64,000 nucleotides of DNA from Nitrospirota bacterium (GCA_963733375.1 CAVTDB010000008.1:32001-96000), one strand, 5' to 3'. Positions 10,274 through 21,856 are shown, counted from the stretch's first letter. Made by a program: numbers and translations. Notes: generated from the sequence alone by a model not told the origin.

Positions 10274-10698
10274 AATTCCATGAGAGTGAAATCCGCGTCC
10301 GTTTCTACGAGGCCGATTCATGGGAGATGGCCTGGCATGGCCATTACGTGGGCTGGTTCGAGGCCGGCCGCATAGGGCTTGCAAAGGAGTTCGACCTGAT
10401 GCCCGCGCGGTTCACGGAGCTTGGGCTTTACGCGCCGGTTATAAGCCTGAAGGTGGATTATAAAGCGATGGGGAAGTTCGACGACCTGATAGTCATTCGA
10501 ACTGCCGTAAAAGTTCCGACAAAGGCCGCGCTCGAATTCATCTACGAGGCCATCAGGAAGGAAGACGGGAAACTTCTGGCAACCGGCGAGACGACACAGG
10601 TGCTGGTGAATAAAAAAGGGGAACTTATATATATAATCCCCGAGCCGCTGAAGTCCCGCGTGGATGAGATGGTAAAATTCTGCAACGGGGAAACATGA
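10270..10698 (+). CDS. hotdog-fold acyl thioesterase
   Basis: RVRFYEADSWEMAWHGHYVGWFEAGR; overlaps both neighbours by 4 bp. Confidence 0.85.
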   Translation: MKFHESEIRVRFYEADSWEMAWHGHYVGWFEAGRIGLAKEFDLMPARFTELGLYAPVISLKVDYKAMGKFDDLIVIRTAVKVPTKAALEFIYEAIRKEDGKLLATGETTQVLVNKKGELIYIIPEPLKSRVDEMVKFCNGET

Positions 10699-12323
10699 AG
10701 GTACTTTTAGCGGACCCGCCGCATTTAATCTGGGACCTGATGAAGGGATGGGTGCCGAACCCCGCCCTCCTTGCGCTCGGCGCATATCTGGAGCGCGAGT
10801 TCGATACGCGGGTCATGGACTGCACCGTGATGCCCGACCCCTGGAGGGACCTGGAGCGGGAGGTTGCAGAGTTTAAGCCTCAGGTGGTGGGGCTGTGCTG
10901 CATCGGCACGACCTATCTCTACGACTCCCTGAACGCGGCGAAACTCGTGAAGATGGTAAGCCCGGGCACGAAGGTCATCATCGGCGGGACCCATCCGACC
11001 CTTGCGCCGGAAGAGGTCCTGGCGCTTGGGCCGGACGTGGATTTCTGCTGTGTCGGCGAAGGGGAAGAAACACTGGCGGAGTTTGTCCGCGCCGTAAGCG
11101 GCGGAGAAAAAGATTTCTCGAATATAAAAGGGCTTGCCTTCCGCGACGGTTCCCAGGTGATTAAGACACAGGCGCGTCCCTTCATCGAAGACCTGGACTC
11201 GCTCCCGATACCCGCATACCACAGGGTCCCGATGGGAAACCCGCTTTATACGATCGACGTGCTGGGGCCGAAATGCGTGGTCGCCGCATTCTCCCGCGGC
11301 TGCGGGTACAAATGCACCTTCTGCACGGAGACTCTCAGGTGGGGAAACCGCTGGCGTGGGAAATCGGCCTGGAAGATGGTGGAGGAGATCGAACTCCTCC
11401 AGAAAAATTACGGCATCAAGACTTTTCTACTGGGCGACAACGACTTTCTCTGGGACAGGAAACGCAACTTAGAGTATTGCGAGCTGATGGAGAAGAAAGG
11501 CCTCAAGGCGAACCTCTGGGTGCAGGCGAGGCCGGACCATATCCTCCGGGACCGCGAGCTGATACCGAGGCTCAAGAAGATCGGCCTCTTTGAAATACTG
11601 CTGGGGATTGAATCGTTCGACCAGAAGATGGTGGATACCTGGGACAAGCGCGAGGAAATCCAGACCATGATAGAGGCGATCAGCCTGCTAAAAAAGAACG
11701 GCGTCATGGTCATGACCAACCTCATGTTCGGGCATTGGAACGACGACAGGAAAACCATCGACAACCTCGTGACGTCGGCAAAGAAATATTCGGACTTCTT
11801 CGCGCTCTCGATCGCGACGCCTTTCCCCGGTACTCAATTTTATAAAGAGGCGAAGGAACAGGGGAGGATCGAGGAAAACGATTACAGGAAGTTCGACTGG
11901 AACAACCCCGTGATGTCCACGAAACACCTGACGCGTAAAGAGGTCGGAAGGCTTCACGGGCTGGCTTTCGGGAAATTTTACGCAAGGCCCAAGACCCTGT
12001 TCCAGGCGTTATTCTCCACAAACCCTTACATCCGGAAATTATATAAATCGTTTGCGACGTATCTCTTCCGCAAGCTTATAAAGAGGCCGTGGAAACAGCC
12101 CGGGTTCATGCTGTTCGATAACTACCTCCTGAAGCGGGCGGGTAAACTGAAAATGGTGAAGGCGTCGGGCCAGCGGGAGAAGTGCGACATATGCGGCGTC
12201 AAGGTCGGGTTGTATTCCGGATACCGGTGCAGCAACCCTGAGTGCAGGACGCTTTTCTGCCTGGACTGCAACGCCGGAGGATTTTATAAGCAGTGTCCGA
12301 ATTGCGGGAGCACCGCAGCTTAA
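10695..12323 (+). CDS. B12-binding radical SAM enzyme 1 with C-terminal 8-Cys domain
   Basis: GGTHPT and GEGE in the N-terminal domain; SRGCGYKCTFC; tail CDIC/CSNPEC/CLDC/CPNC. Confidence 0.9.
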   Translation: MKVLLADPPHLIWDLMKGWVPNPALLALGAYLEREFDTRVMDCTVMPDPWRDLEREVAEFKPQVVGLCCIGTTYLYDSLNAAKLVKMVSPGTKVIIGGTHPTLAPEEVLALGPDVDFCCVGEGEETLAEFVRAVSGGEKDFSNIKGLAFRDGSQVIKTQARPFIEDLDSLPIPAYHRVPMGNPLYTIDVLGPKCVVAAFSRGCGYKCTFCTETLRWGNRWRGKSAWKMVEEIELLQKNYGIKTFLLGDNDFLWDRKRNLEYCELMEKKGLKANLWVQARPDHILRDRELIPRLKKIGLFEILLGIESFDQKMVDTWDKREEIQTMIEAISLLKKNGVMVMTNLMFGHWNDDRKTIDNLVTSAKKYSDFFALSIATPFPGTQFYKEAKEQGRIEENDYRKFDWNNPVMSTKHLTRKEVGRLHGLAFGKFYARPKTLFQALFSTNPYIRKLYKSFATYLFRKLIKRPWKQPGFMLFDNYLLKRAGKLKMVKASGQREKCDICGVKVGLYSGYRCSNPECRTLFCLDCNAGGFYKQCPNCGSTAA

Positions 12324-12327
12324 AGTC

Positions 12328-12448
12328 GCTACCTTTTTAGTAAAAAGGTAGCACCAAAAACTTTTAAACTGTCCCGCTTTCTTTTGGTTCTTTTCTTTCT
12401 CGAGAGATTTAGCTGTCCAGAGCGATAGCGAAGACGAAAGAAAAGAAC
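12328..12448. repeat. two intergenic inverted repeats
   Basis: GCTACCTTTTT/AAAAAGGTAGC (12328-12352) and GTTCTTTTCTTTC/GAAAGAAAAGAAC (12387-12448). Confidence 0.6.
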
Positions 12449-12466
12449 GGTTTTGAGGTTTATACG

Positions 12467-13946
12467 ATGAGAGTTTTATTAGTCGATCCGCCGCATGAGA
12501 TATTCAAGTTCTTCAGGGGCAGGATGCCCTCTCCGTCCCTGACCGCGCTTTCCGCGTATATAGAAAAAGATTTCGAGGTGCGCGTCATCGACTGCACCGT
12601 GCAGGAGCGGCCCTGGGCCGCCCTGGAAGAGGCGGTGCGCGACTTCAAGCCCGCCGTCGTCGGCATTACGGCCATCTCCACTTCTTATATCTACGACGCC
12701 ATGAACGCCGCTTACCTGGTGAAGCTCATCGACCCGTCCGTCATTACAATCGGCGGCGGAGTCCATATGAGCCTTATGCCGGAGGAGACTCTTCAGAAAT
12801 GCCCGAGCATGGACTATATCGTGATTGGCGAGGGAGAGCTTACGTTAATGGAGTTCCTGAAGGCGGCCCAGTCCGGCGAAAAGGATTTCGGCAATATCCC
12901 CGGACTGGCCTTCAGGAAGGACGGCGGCATCCACATCGGAGAGCGGCGCGAGCTTATACCGGACCTGGATACGCTTCCGCTCCCGGCGTATCACCACTTC
13001 CCGATGAACAAATACCTGATGCCGTCGCTCGGCATGGCGACGCATAATTCGATAGTCCTGACCACCGCGCGCGGATGCGAAGGGGTGTGCACGTACTGCA
13101 CGGAGGCGAAACTCTGGCGTAGCACCTGGAGGCCGAAGTCAGCAAAGCGTGTCGTGGAAGAGATGGAGCTGCTTTACAGAAACCACAACAAGTTCAGCTT
13201 CATGTTCGGCGACGATTCCTTCAACTGGAAGCGCGAAAGGGTGGAGGATTTTATCAGGGAACTGGAGAAGAAAAAGCACCCGTGGCATTTCTGGTTCCAG
13301 TCGCGCGCGGAGCATATCGTCCGGGACGCGGACCTGCTGCCGAGGCTTAAGAAGCTTGGGCTGTATATGATATCCATGGGAGTTGAGACCCCGTCCGAGA
13401 ATGCGCTTAAGAACTACCGCAAGAAGCAGACGGCCGACGTCTCCATCCAGGCGATGAAGCTCATCAAGAAGAACGGGCTGCTGCTCATCACGAACATCAT
13501 GTTCGGAGACATCGACGATACGGAAGAAACGCTCCAGCAGACGATAGATTTCGCGAAGCCGTATTCCGACCACTTCGCCATCTGCCTGACGACGCCGCTG
13601 CCCGGTACGGAGTACTGGAAGACGCGCGAAGGAGCAGGGGAGAATAAAGGTCTGGGACTACTCCAAGTATGATATGCTGAACCCGGTGATGGACACGCGC
13701 ACGCTGTCGATTGAGAAAATCGCGGAGATACATCCGAAGTCGATACAGAAGTTCTACTCGCGCTTCCGCGTCTTCTGGGACGCATATTTTTCGCCGAACC
13801 CGTACCTCCGGAAGAACAACAGGTTCTTCGCAAAGATAGCCTGGGAGACGATAACGCACACGCCCTGGGTGCAGAAGAATTACGTGCCGTTCGAGAAGTA
13901 CATGGAAGAGAAGACGGGGAAGGAATTCGAGAGGGTGCATATATGA
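12467..13946 (+). CDS. B12-binding radical SAM enzyme 2 (frameshift near 13625)
   Basis: GGGVHMS, GEGE and ARGCEGVCTYC; paralog of enzyme 1. Confidence 0.9.
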
Positions 13947-15294
13947 AGATATTGATTATCTCCCCGGAAGGCCGGCACACGGCGGTCGGGAAAAAATTCA
14001 AGTTTCCGTTTCCGACGGCTGGCGCGCCGATGGTGGCCGCGCTGACGCCCGAGGACTGCGAAGTAAAGATAATCGACGAGATTGTCGAGGACATAAACTT
14101 CGACGAGCCTGCCGACATGGTCGCCATCTCGTCCATGACGCCGATGGCCTCGCGCGCGTACGAGATTTCGGAGGAGTTCAGGAAGCGCGGAGTGGCGACG
14201 GTAATAGGCGGGATACATCCGACGGCGTGTCCGGAAGAGGCGGGAGAGCACGCGGACTCCGTGATAATAGGCGAGGCGGAAGACCTCTGGCCGAAGGCGG
14301 TGGAGGATTTCAGAAACGGCAGGCTCCAGAAATTTTACAAGAAGGATTACCTGCACTCGCTGACGGGACTGCCGAGGCCGCGCTGGGAACTGCTTCGGAA
14401 CGATAAATATTTTCCGATCACGATAGTCGAGACCTCGCGCGGGTGCCCGCACAACTGCGATTTCTGCGCCGTCACGAACTTCTACGGCGGCAAATACCGC
14501 GTGCGCCCGGTGGCGGAAGTGGAGAAGGAAATCCAGTACCTCTACGACAGGCCCGCGCTCACCGGACTGAAGCGGATGTCCACGCCGTACCCGAAGGGGA
14601 TGATATTTTTCGCGGACTCCAACATCACGGCGAACAGGAAATACGCGAAAGAGCTTTTCACGATGCTCGCGAAATACAAAATCCCCTGGCAGAGCTACTC
14701 GACGATTTCCGTCGCGGACGACCCGGAACTTTTGAAGCTCGCGCAGGCATCCAACTGCGTGGGGCTTGCCATCGGATTTCGAGTCGCTCTCCGGCGAAAA
14801 CTTGAAGAAGATAGGCAAGGGATTCAATAAGCCGGAGAAGTACGCCGAGTCGATTACTCAAATTGAAAGACCACGGCATCGGAACGGTGGCGAGCTTCAT
14901 ATTCGGGCTGGACTGGGACGACGTGGGCGTGTTCGAGAGGACGAAGAAATTTATCGACGACAATAAAATCGATTCGTCGTTCTTCCTGATTTCCACCCCT
15001 CTTCCAGGCACGGGATACCGGCAGAGGCTGCTTGACGAAGGCCGGATATTCGACCACAACTGGGACCGCTACGACTGTACGCATGTGGTCTTTCAGCCGA
15101 AGCTGATGACTCCGGAGCAACTGTCCGAGGGCGTATATTGGCTGTGGCGCGAGACGCTGTCGCATAAATCGATCTGGAAGAGGCTTTACGGCGGGCCGCA
15201 GTTCATGTTCTACCTGGGGATGAACTACGCGATGAAGATGCTTGACAAAAAGATTCACCCGGCACGCTCGGAAAATCCGGCGCTCATTAAATAG
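13943..15294 (+). CDS. B12-binding radical SAM enzyme 3 (frameshifts near 14780-14860)
   Basis: GGIHPT, GEAE, SRGCPHNCDFC and TPLPGT. Confidence 0.9.
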
Positions 15295-15323
15295 CGGTTT
15301 CCTTTAATCCCGGTTTTCTTTGG

Positions 15324-15351
15324 CCGCTTTCTTTTCCCCAAAAGAAAGTGG
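15324..15351. repeat. intergenic hairpin related to 12387-12448
   Basis: CCGCTTTCTTTT-CCCC-AAAAGAAAGTGG preceded by TTTTCTTTGG. Confidence 0.5.
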
Positions 15352-15359
15352 GACTTTAA

Positions 15360-16722
15360 ATGAAAATTTCCATAATATTCCCAAAAAAAGACGGCGACCC
15401 CGGCGCGATGGGCATGACTATGCCTTACGTCCTGCCGCACCTTGGCCGCGCTGTCCCAGCCCCGGCACGAGATAGAACTCGTGAACCTCTTCAAGCAGAA
15501 AGAGGATTACGGCGGAAGGCTCCCGGACCTGGTCGGGATAAGCGTCATGACGCCGATGGCCCAGGAGGCGTACCGGGTCGCCGGCGAGTACAGGAAGCGC
15601 GGGGTGAAGGTGGTCCTTGGCGGTCATCACGTCAGCGCGATGCCGTTCGACGCGAAAGAGCATGCCGATGCGGTGGCGGTGGGCGAGGCGGAGGAGACCT
15701 GGAAAATTATTCTGGACGATGCGGAAAATAATGCGCTGAAAGATTTTTATATAGGCGGGCCGCTTTACGATGAAGGTTATTTCAAAGGCTATAACATCCA
15801 TCATTCGCCGGAGCGGCCCAGCCTCGTTGGACTCCCCCAGCCCAGGCGGGAGCTGCTGAAGAACAGATACTTCTTCGACTGCATAATCACCACGCGCGGC
15901 TGTCCGTACAGGTGCAAGTTCTGCGGCACGTCCAGGTTTTACGGCGGCGTCGTGCGGCACAGGCCGGTAGAGGAAGTGATAAACGAGATCCGCCGGATGG
16001 GCAGGTTCTTTTTGATGGCGGACGACGACATATTCGGCGACATTCCATACCGCCTGAATCTGTATTCGAAGATGAACGGGCTTAAGAGATTCATGCGGTG
16101 GCATGGCGCCGGAGCGGTCTCCGCGGTACTTGAGCGGGACGGCGAAGAGATGGTTAAGCTCGCCGCCAAAAGCGGGCTGGAGACGGTATTTACCGGGCTG
16201 GAATCGGCGGAAGGCGATACGTTGGACGCGCTCGGAATAAACGCGAAGCTCAGGCGGCCGGAAGGCGGGAACCTTGAAAAAATCGCCCTGGCGGTAAAGA
16301 AGGTGCAATCGCTTGGCGTAATGGTCTTCGGGTTTTTTGTCCTGGGTTTCGACACGGACGACAGCCAGAGTTTCGACAGGACGCTGGAGTTCTGCGACAG
16401 GCTGAACGTGCCGCCCATACCGTTTTTGCTCATGCCGCTCCCGGGTACGCCGCTCTGGGACGAGATGAGCGGCAGGCTTATCCCCGGACAAGGCTGGGGG
16501 AAATGGGACGGAGTGCATGCGCTATGCGACCACCCCTCACTTTCGCCGCGCCAACGGGAGGCGCTGCTTTACAAGCTCAGGAAGAGCGCTTATACGTACG
16601 GGAGGATTTTGCGCAGGGTAAAAGGTTTTTCACCTGCCGCCGCCATGAACGGCTTTATGATGCAGGCTGGAATCAGGCGGAGCTTCGAAAGCGACTGGAA
16701 GAGGACTAATGGCGGAATATGA
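15360..16722 (+). CDS. B12-binding radical SAM enzyme 4 (frameshift near 15440)
   Basis: GGHHVS, GEAE, TRGCPYRCKFC and MPLPGT. Confidence 0.9.
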
Positions 16723-18214
16723 CGCTGTAATAATAGGCGCGGGAGTTGCCGGCCTCGTGGCCGGGAATTACCTGCTGGATTCCGGGAAGACGGTTTTAAT
16801 CGTCGAGCAGATAAAGTATCCCGGCGGGTGCGCGTGCACGTTCGGGAAGCAGGGGTATAAATTCGACGGCGCCGTACACTGGATAAGCCAGGCGGGCGAA
16901 GGCGGGATAGTAAAATCAATTTTGAAGGAGTTCGGGCTGGACGGGGAAGTGCGGTTCGAGCGGCTTCCGGCGCCGCCGCGGGTATGGTTCCATGACAGAA
17001 AAATCGAGCCTTCCTTCGGCAGGGAAAATATAATCAAATCTTTTTCCGGGGCCTTCCCGGACGAATCAAATAAATTGGATGCATTCTGGAACGAGACGGA
17101 AGAGACCCTTAAACAGCTCTGGCGGCTTGTAAAACGGCAGCCGTCGAAGATGGCGTCATTTGAGAAGCTGCTGTTCAACCTTTCGTTCCCGTTCAAGTTT
17201 AAAAAAATCGCAAAATATCACAAGAAAAAAGCGTCCGACGTTATCGCGGAATATTTCAGGGACGACCGGCTTAGGCTTGCGCTGGAGACGATGGGAATTT
17301 TTCCGGACATATCGTTCGTGCACTATGCGTGGTTTAATTCCGTCGCCCTGGAAGGGGACGCCTATTATCCGGCCGGAGGCATCCGCGCGGTCCCTGACGC
17401 GCTGGCTAACCGTTTCGTCTCCAGGGGCGGAGAGATAAGGTATCGGTGCAAGGCGGAGAAGATTATTTTCACCGATAAAAAAATTTCGGGCGTTATAGCG
17501 AACGGCGAAGAGATATCCGCGAAGGTAGTGGTTTCCGCGTCCGACGCGACGAAGACATTTTTGAGCCTTATCGGCGAAGAAAAACTCCCGGCGGAATTTG
17601 TATCCGGCCTGAAAGAGTGGAAGGTGTCGGAGCCGTTCTTTTATGTGTACCTGGGAGTGAATTCCGATTTGCGCGAAAGAGGCTTCGACGGCTCGCCGAT
17701 ATGGTATATACCGAAAAACATCGACAGGAAATCCCTGCCGATGCTGGGAGGAAAAGCGCTCGGCATTGGGATGCCGTCCCTTCTGGACCGCTCTCTTGCG
17801 CCGGAAGGAAAGAGCGTGGTAATCATCGGCATGGCCGCGTCATGCGCTTTCATGGACGCCTGCCCGGTCCGGGCCGAGGCCGGGGCGAACTACAGGGAGA
17901 ACGAGCATTACAAGGCTGTTAAGGAAAAAGTGGGCGAGTATCTGATAGACCTCGCGGAGGAGGCGATACCCGGCCTTCGGGAAAAGATAGAACTGAAAAT
18001 ATTCGCCACCCCTCACACGTTCGAGCGTTATACCGGGAACCTGCACGGGGCGTCGTCCGGATGGTCTATGGCGGCGGACAAGCAGCATAAGCTGTCCGTG
18101 AAAACGCCCATACCGGGCTTATATCTCGCGGGGCATTGGACGATGAACCCGGGCGGAGTGCCTGCCGCATTCGTGAGCGGGAAACTGGCGGCGGAAGAAA
18201 TTCTGAAACGCTAA
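16709..18214 (+). CDS. second phytoene desaturase-like FAD oxidoreductase
   Basis: GAGVAG, GGCACTFGKQGYKFD, TPHTFERYTGN and LYLAGHWTMNPGG. Confidence 0.88.
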   Translation: MAEYDAVIIGAGVAGLVAGNYLLDSGKTVLIVEQIKYPGGCACTFGKQGYKFDGAVHWISQAGEGGIVKSILKEFGLDGEVRFERLPAPPRVWFHDRKIEPSFGRENIIKSFSGAFPDESNKLDAFWNETEETLKQLWRLVKRQPSKMASFEKLLFNLSFPFKFKKIAKYHKKKASDVIAEYFRDDRLRLALETMGIFPDISFVHYAWFNSVALEGDAYYPAGGIRAVPDALANRFVSRGGEIRYRCKAEKIIFTDKKISGVIANGEEISAKVVVSASDATKTFLSLIGEEKLPAEFVSGLKEWKVSEPFFYVYLGVNSDLRERGFDGSPIWYIPKNIDRKSLPMLGGKALGIGMPSLLDRSLAPEGKSVVIIGMAASCAFMDACPVRAEAGANYRENEHYKAVKEKVGEYLIDLAEEAIPGLREKIELKIFATPHTFERYTGNLHGASSGWSMAADKQHKLSVKTPIPGLYLAGHWTMNPGGVPAAFVSGKLAAEEILKR

Positions 18215-18939
18215 ATTATCCGGCTGTCCAGATTGAACGTCTGGCCGCTGACGGAGCTTATGCCCGTCAAATGAAGTATGAAGGAAGCGACCTCGGCGGG
18301 ATTTGAATAGACCTTCAGCAGGCCCTCCGAGAGGGCGTTCGATTTTGCCCGTTCCGATGCGGAATCTCCCATCTCCGTAAGCATATATCCCGGCAGGACG
18401 CAGTTTGACTGTATGCCGTGCGGCGCGAGTTCCATGGCCGCGGCCTTCGTAAGTCCAATCAAAGCGGCCTTGGAAGCCGCATAGGCCGCATGTCCCGCTT
18501 TCCCTTTGACCCCTGTAATCGAGGCGACGTTAATTATATGGCCGGAGGTCTGGCTTATCATAACACGTGAAGCGGCCTTTATCATATTGAACGGCCCCTT
18601 CAGGTTTATCCGCAGAGTTTCGTCGAGCGTTTCGTCCGTCAGGCGCAGGAGCAGGGCTTCATGTGAAACGCCCGCATTGTTTATCAGCGCGTCCAGCCGC
18701 CCCCAGCGGGCCTCCGCCGCATTTACCAGCTTCCCGGCCTCATCAGCAAAGCCTACGTCCGCCTGAAAAACCAGCGCATCGCCGCCCGATGATATTATCT
18801 CTTTCGCAACCGCCTCGGCCTTTGCCTGTGAACTTGAATAATTGACTGCCACGCCCCAGCCCGCGCGTCCAAAAGCGAGGGCAACCTCGCGCCCCAACCC
18901 TCTCGACGCGCCGGTCACTATGACGGCTTTTCGCATCAC
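18211..18939 (-). CDS. FabG-like short-chain dehydrogenase/reductase
   Basis: TGASRGLG, NNAG and YAASK. Confidence 0.88.
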   Translation of the reverse strand: MMRKAVIVTGASRGLGREVALAFGRAGWGVAVNYSSSQAKAEAVAKEIISSGGDALVFQADVGFADEAGKLVNAAEARWGRLDALINNAGVSHEALLLRLTDETLDETLRINLKGPFNMIKAASRVMISQTSGHIINVASITGVKGKAGHAAYAASKAALIGLTKAAAMELAPHGIQSNCVLPGYMLTEMGDSASERAKSNALSEGLLKVYSNPAEVASFILHLTGISSVSGQTFNLDSRII

Positions 18940-20057
18940 AGCTTCTCCACAGCACCCAGGAGCGCCTCGATTTCCGAAGGCTCATGCGCAGCCGAAACAG
19001 TGAAGCGGATGCGGCACTGCCCTTCCGGGACCGTCGGCGGCCTGATTGCGGGGGCATAAAAACCCGCGTCCAGGAGCGCGCCCGATAATTTCACCGCCTC
19101 GTCCGCCCCGCCGACGATTACAGGGATTATTGGGGTCCCGCCGCCGGTTACTTTAAAGCCCGATTTTTTTAATCCGTCCCGCAGTAGACGTGCGTTATCA
19201 TGCAGACGCGAGAGCCTCTCCGGGCTCATCTTGCAAAACTCTTAAAGCCGCCGAAGACGCGGCGCATGCGGGAGAGGGGAGGGCGGTGGAAAAAATAAAA
19301 GAGCGGGCGTTATTTATCAGCAGGTCGATTATCTCGGCGTTTGCCTGCGGCAAATGCGCCGTAAGAGCCGAGCGCCTTTCCGAGCGTGCCCATCTGGATA
19401 ACGTCAGGCCCGGCGGACAATCTGAAATGTTCAAATATACCGCGTCCGGTACTTCCTAAAACTCCGGTGGAATGGGCCTCGTCAACCATCAAAAGGGCGT
19501 TATATTCTTCTGCATAGCCGGACAATCTCCGGCAGGGGGGCGATATCCCCGTCCATGCTGAAGACGCCCTCGGTGACGATGAGCCGTTTTTTATAACCTG
19601 ATTTTAAAGAGAGCAGTTTTTTCAGGCCGGCGTGGTCGTTGTGGCCGTAGATATTGACTTCCGCTCCCGATAGCCTGCACCCGTCGATGATGCTTGCGTG
19701 GTTTAAACGGTCGCTGAAAATTATGTCGCCTTCTCTCGCCAGCGCGGGGATTATCCCGGTGTTGGCCAGATAGCCGGAGCCGAAAAGCAGCGACGACCCG
19801 GTTGATTTAAAATCGGCAATCTCTTTGCGCAGGTTTTCGTGGTATCTGGTATGGCCGGAAATGAGAGGCGCGGACCCCGCCCCGAAACCATAATTTTCCG
19901 AGGCCTCTTTCGCGGCGGAGATTACTTCCGGATGCATCGCCAGGCCGAGGTAGTCGTTCGAGCAGAACAACGTGACTTCCCGGCCGTCGATTACGGCGCG
20001 GGTAGGGGAAAGTCTTTTGAAGGTCTTCAAGTAACGCGGGTACTTAAAATTTTGCAA
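18936..20057 (-). CDS. bioF: 8-amino-7-oxononanoate synthase (several frameshifts)
   Basis: [46 protein letters not shown] and IRPPTVP. Confidence 0.92.
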
Positions 20058-20058
20058 T

Positions 20059-20945
20059 TTAATTCGCTCCGCGAAAATGCAGAATTTCCACCGCCCCACT
20101 GACCAGCACCGGCGTCTCCCGCATGTAATCGAGATATTTCTTCATATCGAATTTATCCGCATCCACAAAAAACGCCCGTCCGCCGAATATGCCGCCCGGC
20201 TCTTTTATAGAGGTTATCCTGCAATATCCGCGGGCCAGGGATGCGGCATAACCGGTGGTATAGCGCGGGTCGTCGGAGATGCATAATTCGGCTACCGCGC
20301 CCGGCGCATTCGCTACCTTAGTCGCAAGCGCGAGGGCTTCCCGGAAATGGGATGTAACGCAGTTTAATTCCTTTTCAGCCCGCAAAACTTGAGGAAGCGC
20401 ATTTTGACCCCAGTCCACCGCCCGCGCCCGGATTCCGCGCACACGGTCCGGCTCCAGCCTCTCTCCCGTCCTGGCGTCAATCAGCATCGCCCCGCGCATG
20501 TTCTCTCCGGCAGGCGAAGCGCCGGAGGAAATCTGGTCCAGCGCGCCTCTCGCCGCAATCTCGGAGACGCCCGCCTTCACGAGTTCAAAGACGGCAATAT
20601 CATGGGAAATATTTACGGCTGAATCCACTTGACCTATGGCAGCCGTTCGGGTGACAGCCGTTTGCGGGCCGACGGAGGGCGTTCGGTGGGGATTGTTTAT
20701 TACCGGGAGCGGCTTAAACTTAAAAATCTCTTTCCCCGCCAGGGACGTAACCGTAACCGCTATCTCTTCCGGCGGGCCGTTCTCGTGCGCCATCGCACGC
20801 TTGATAAGCGCCGACGTTACCGCCTCGACTTCATCAGCCGGGGCGATCCTCTCCGCGCCCGATATGTGCCTGCCGCCCCGGGCCGCGCGCATCCTGACGG
20901 AGAGATTTACCTGTCCAGAGCGACAGCGAAAGACAGTTCAGCCAT
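20059..20945 (-). CDS. bioW: 6-carboxyhexanoate-CoA ligase
   Basis: [43 protein letters not shown] and GGRAFF. Confidence 0.88.
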
Positions 20946-21856
20946 GAAGCCGCATCCCCAGGTCTTCTATCATGCGGAGGTCGTCCGCGAAATCCCTGCC
21001 GTTCGTCGTGAGATAATCGCCCATCAAAAGGCCGTTTGCGCCAGCCATGAAAATCATCGGGTGCAACTCGCGCAGCGAGGTCAGCCTTCCGCCGCATACC
21101 CGTATTTCCTTTTCCGGCAGGATGTGCCGGAGCAGGGCGATAGATTTAAGCGCCTCGAAAGGCGTCATGAAATCCGCATTTTCTAAAGGCGTGCCCGGTA
21201 TAGGCATAAGGAAATTGACCGGGACCGAATCTATGCCGAGACGGGCCAGCTGCAGAGGCCATTTCAGCCCGGTCGTTTAAATCCTCGCCCAGGCCAAAAA
21301 TCCCGCCGCTGCAAGTGGACAGCCCCGCATCCTTCGCGGCCAGAAGGGTCTCGACCCGCTCGTCGAACGTATGGGTCGAGCATATCCTTGGGAAAAAATT
21401 TTTCGAGGTTTCCAGGTTGTGGTGATAGCGGTTTAAGCCGGCCTCTTTTAATGTACGGAGCTGGGGAGCCGACAAAGTCCCAAGCGTGGCGCAAGGAAGA
21501 AAGCCCGTTTCCCGGACTCTTTCGACCATACGGGCTATGCTGGAGAGCTCTTTGTCCGAGTTTATCCCCCGGCCGGATGTCACGATGCAGAAACGCCTTA
21601 CGCCTTTTTCAAAGGCCCGGTTCGCCGCCTCCGTGACGGCATCCGCCGGAAGCAGGGGATATGTGTTGACCTGGGTCCCATGATGGGCGGACTGGGCGCA
21701 AAAGGCGCAGTCTTCCGGGCAGTTACCGGAACGGGCGTTGATTATGGAGCATGCGTCGACCAGGCCGCCGAAATTTTTTTCCCGGATGCGCCCGGCCTCC
21801 CGTATAAATTCCCAGGGCTTCTCTTCCAACTCCTTTAAATGATTCTTAATTTGCAT
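20938..21856 (-). CDS. bioB: biotin synthase (frameshift near 21250)
   Basis: SGNCPEDCAFCAQS, YHHNLETS, CSGGIFGLGE, IRVCGGR and GDYLTT. Confidence 0.93.

Noticed and set aside
8839-18214. Carotenoid or hopanoid pathway based on the CrtI-like genes
   Set aside because: No phytoene/squalene synthase or cyclase nearby; the context is acyl-chain enzymes
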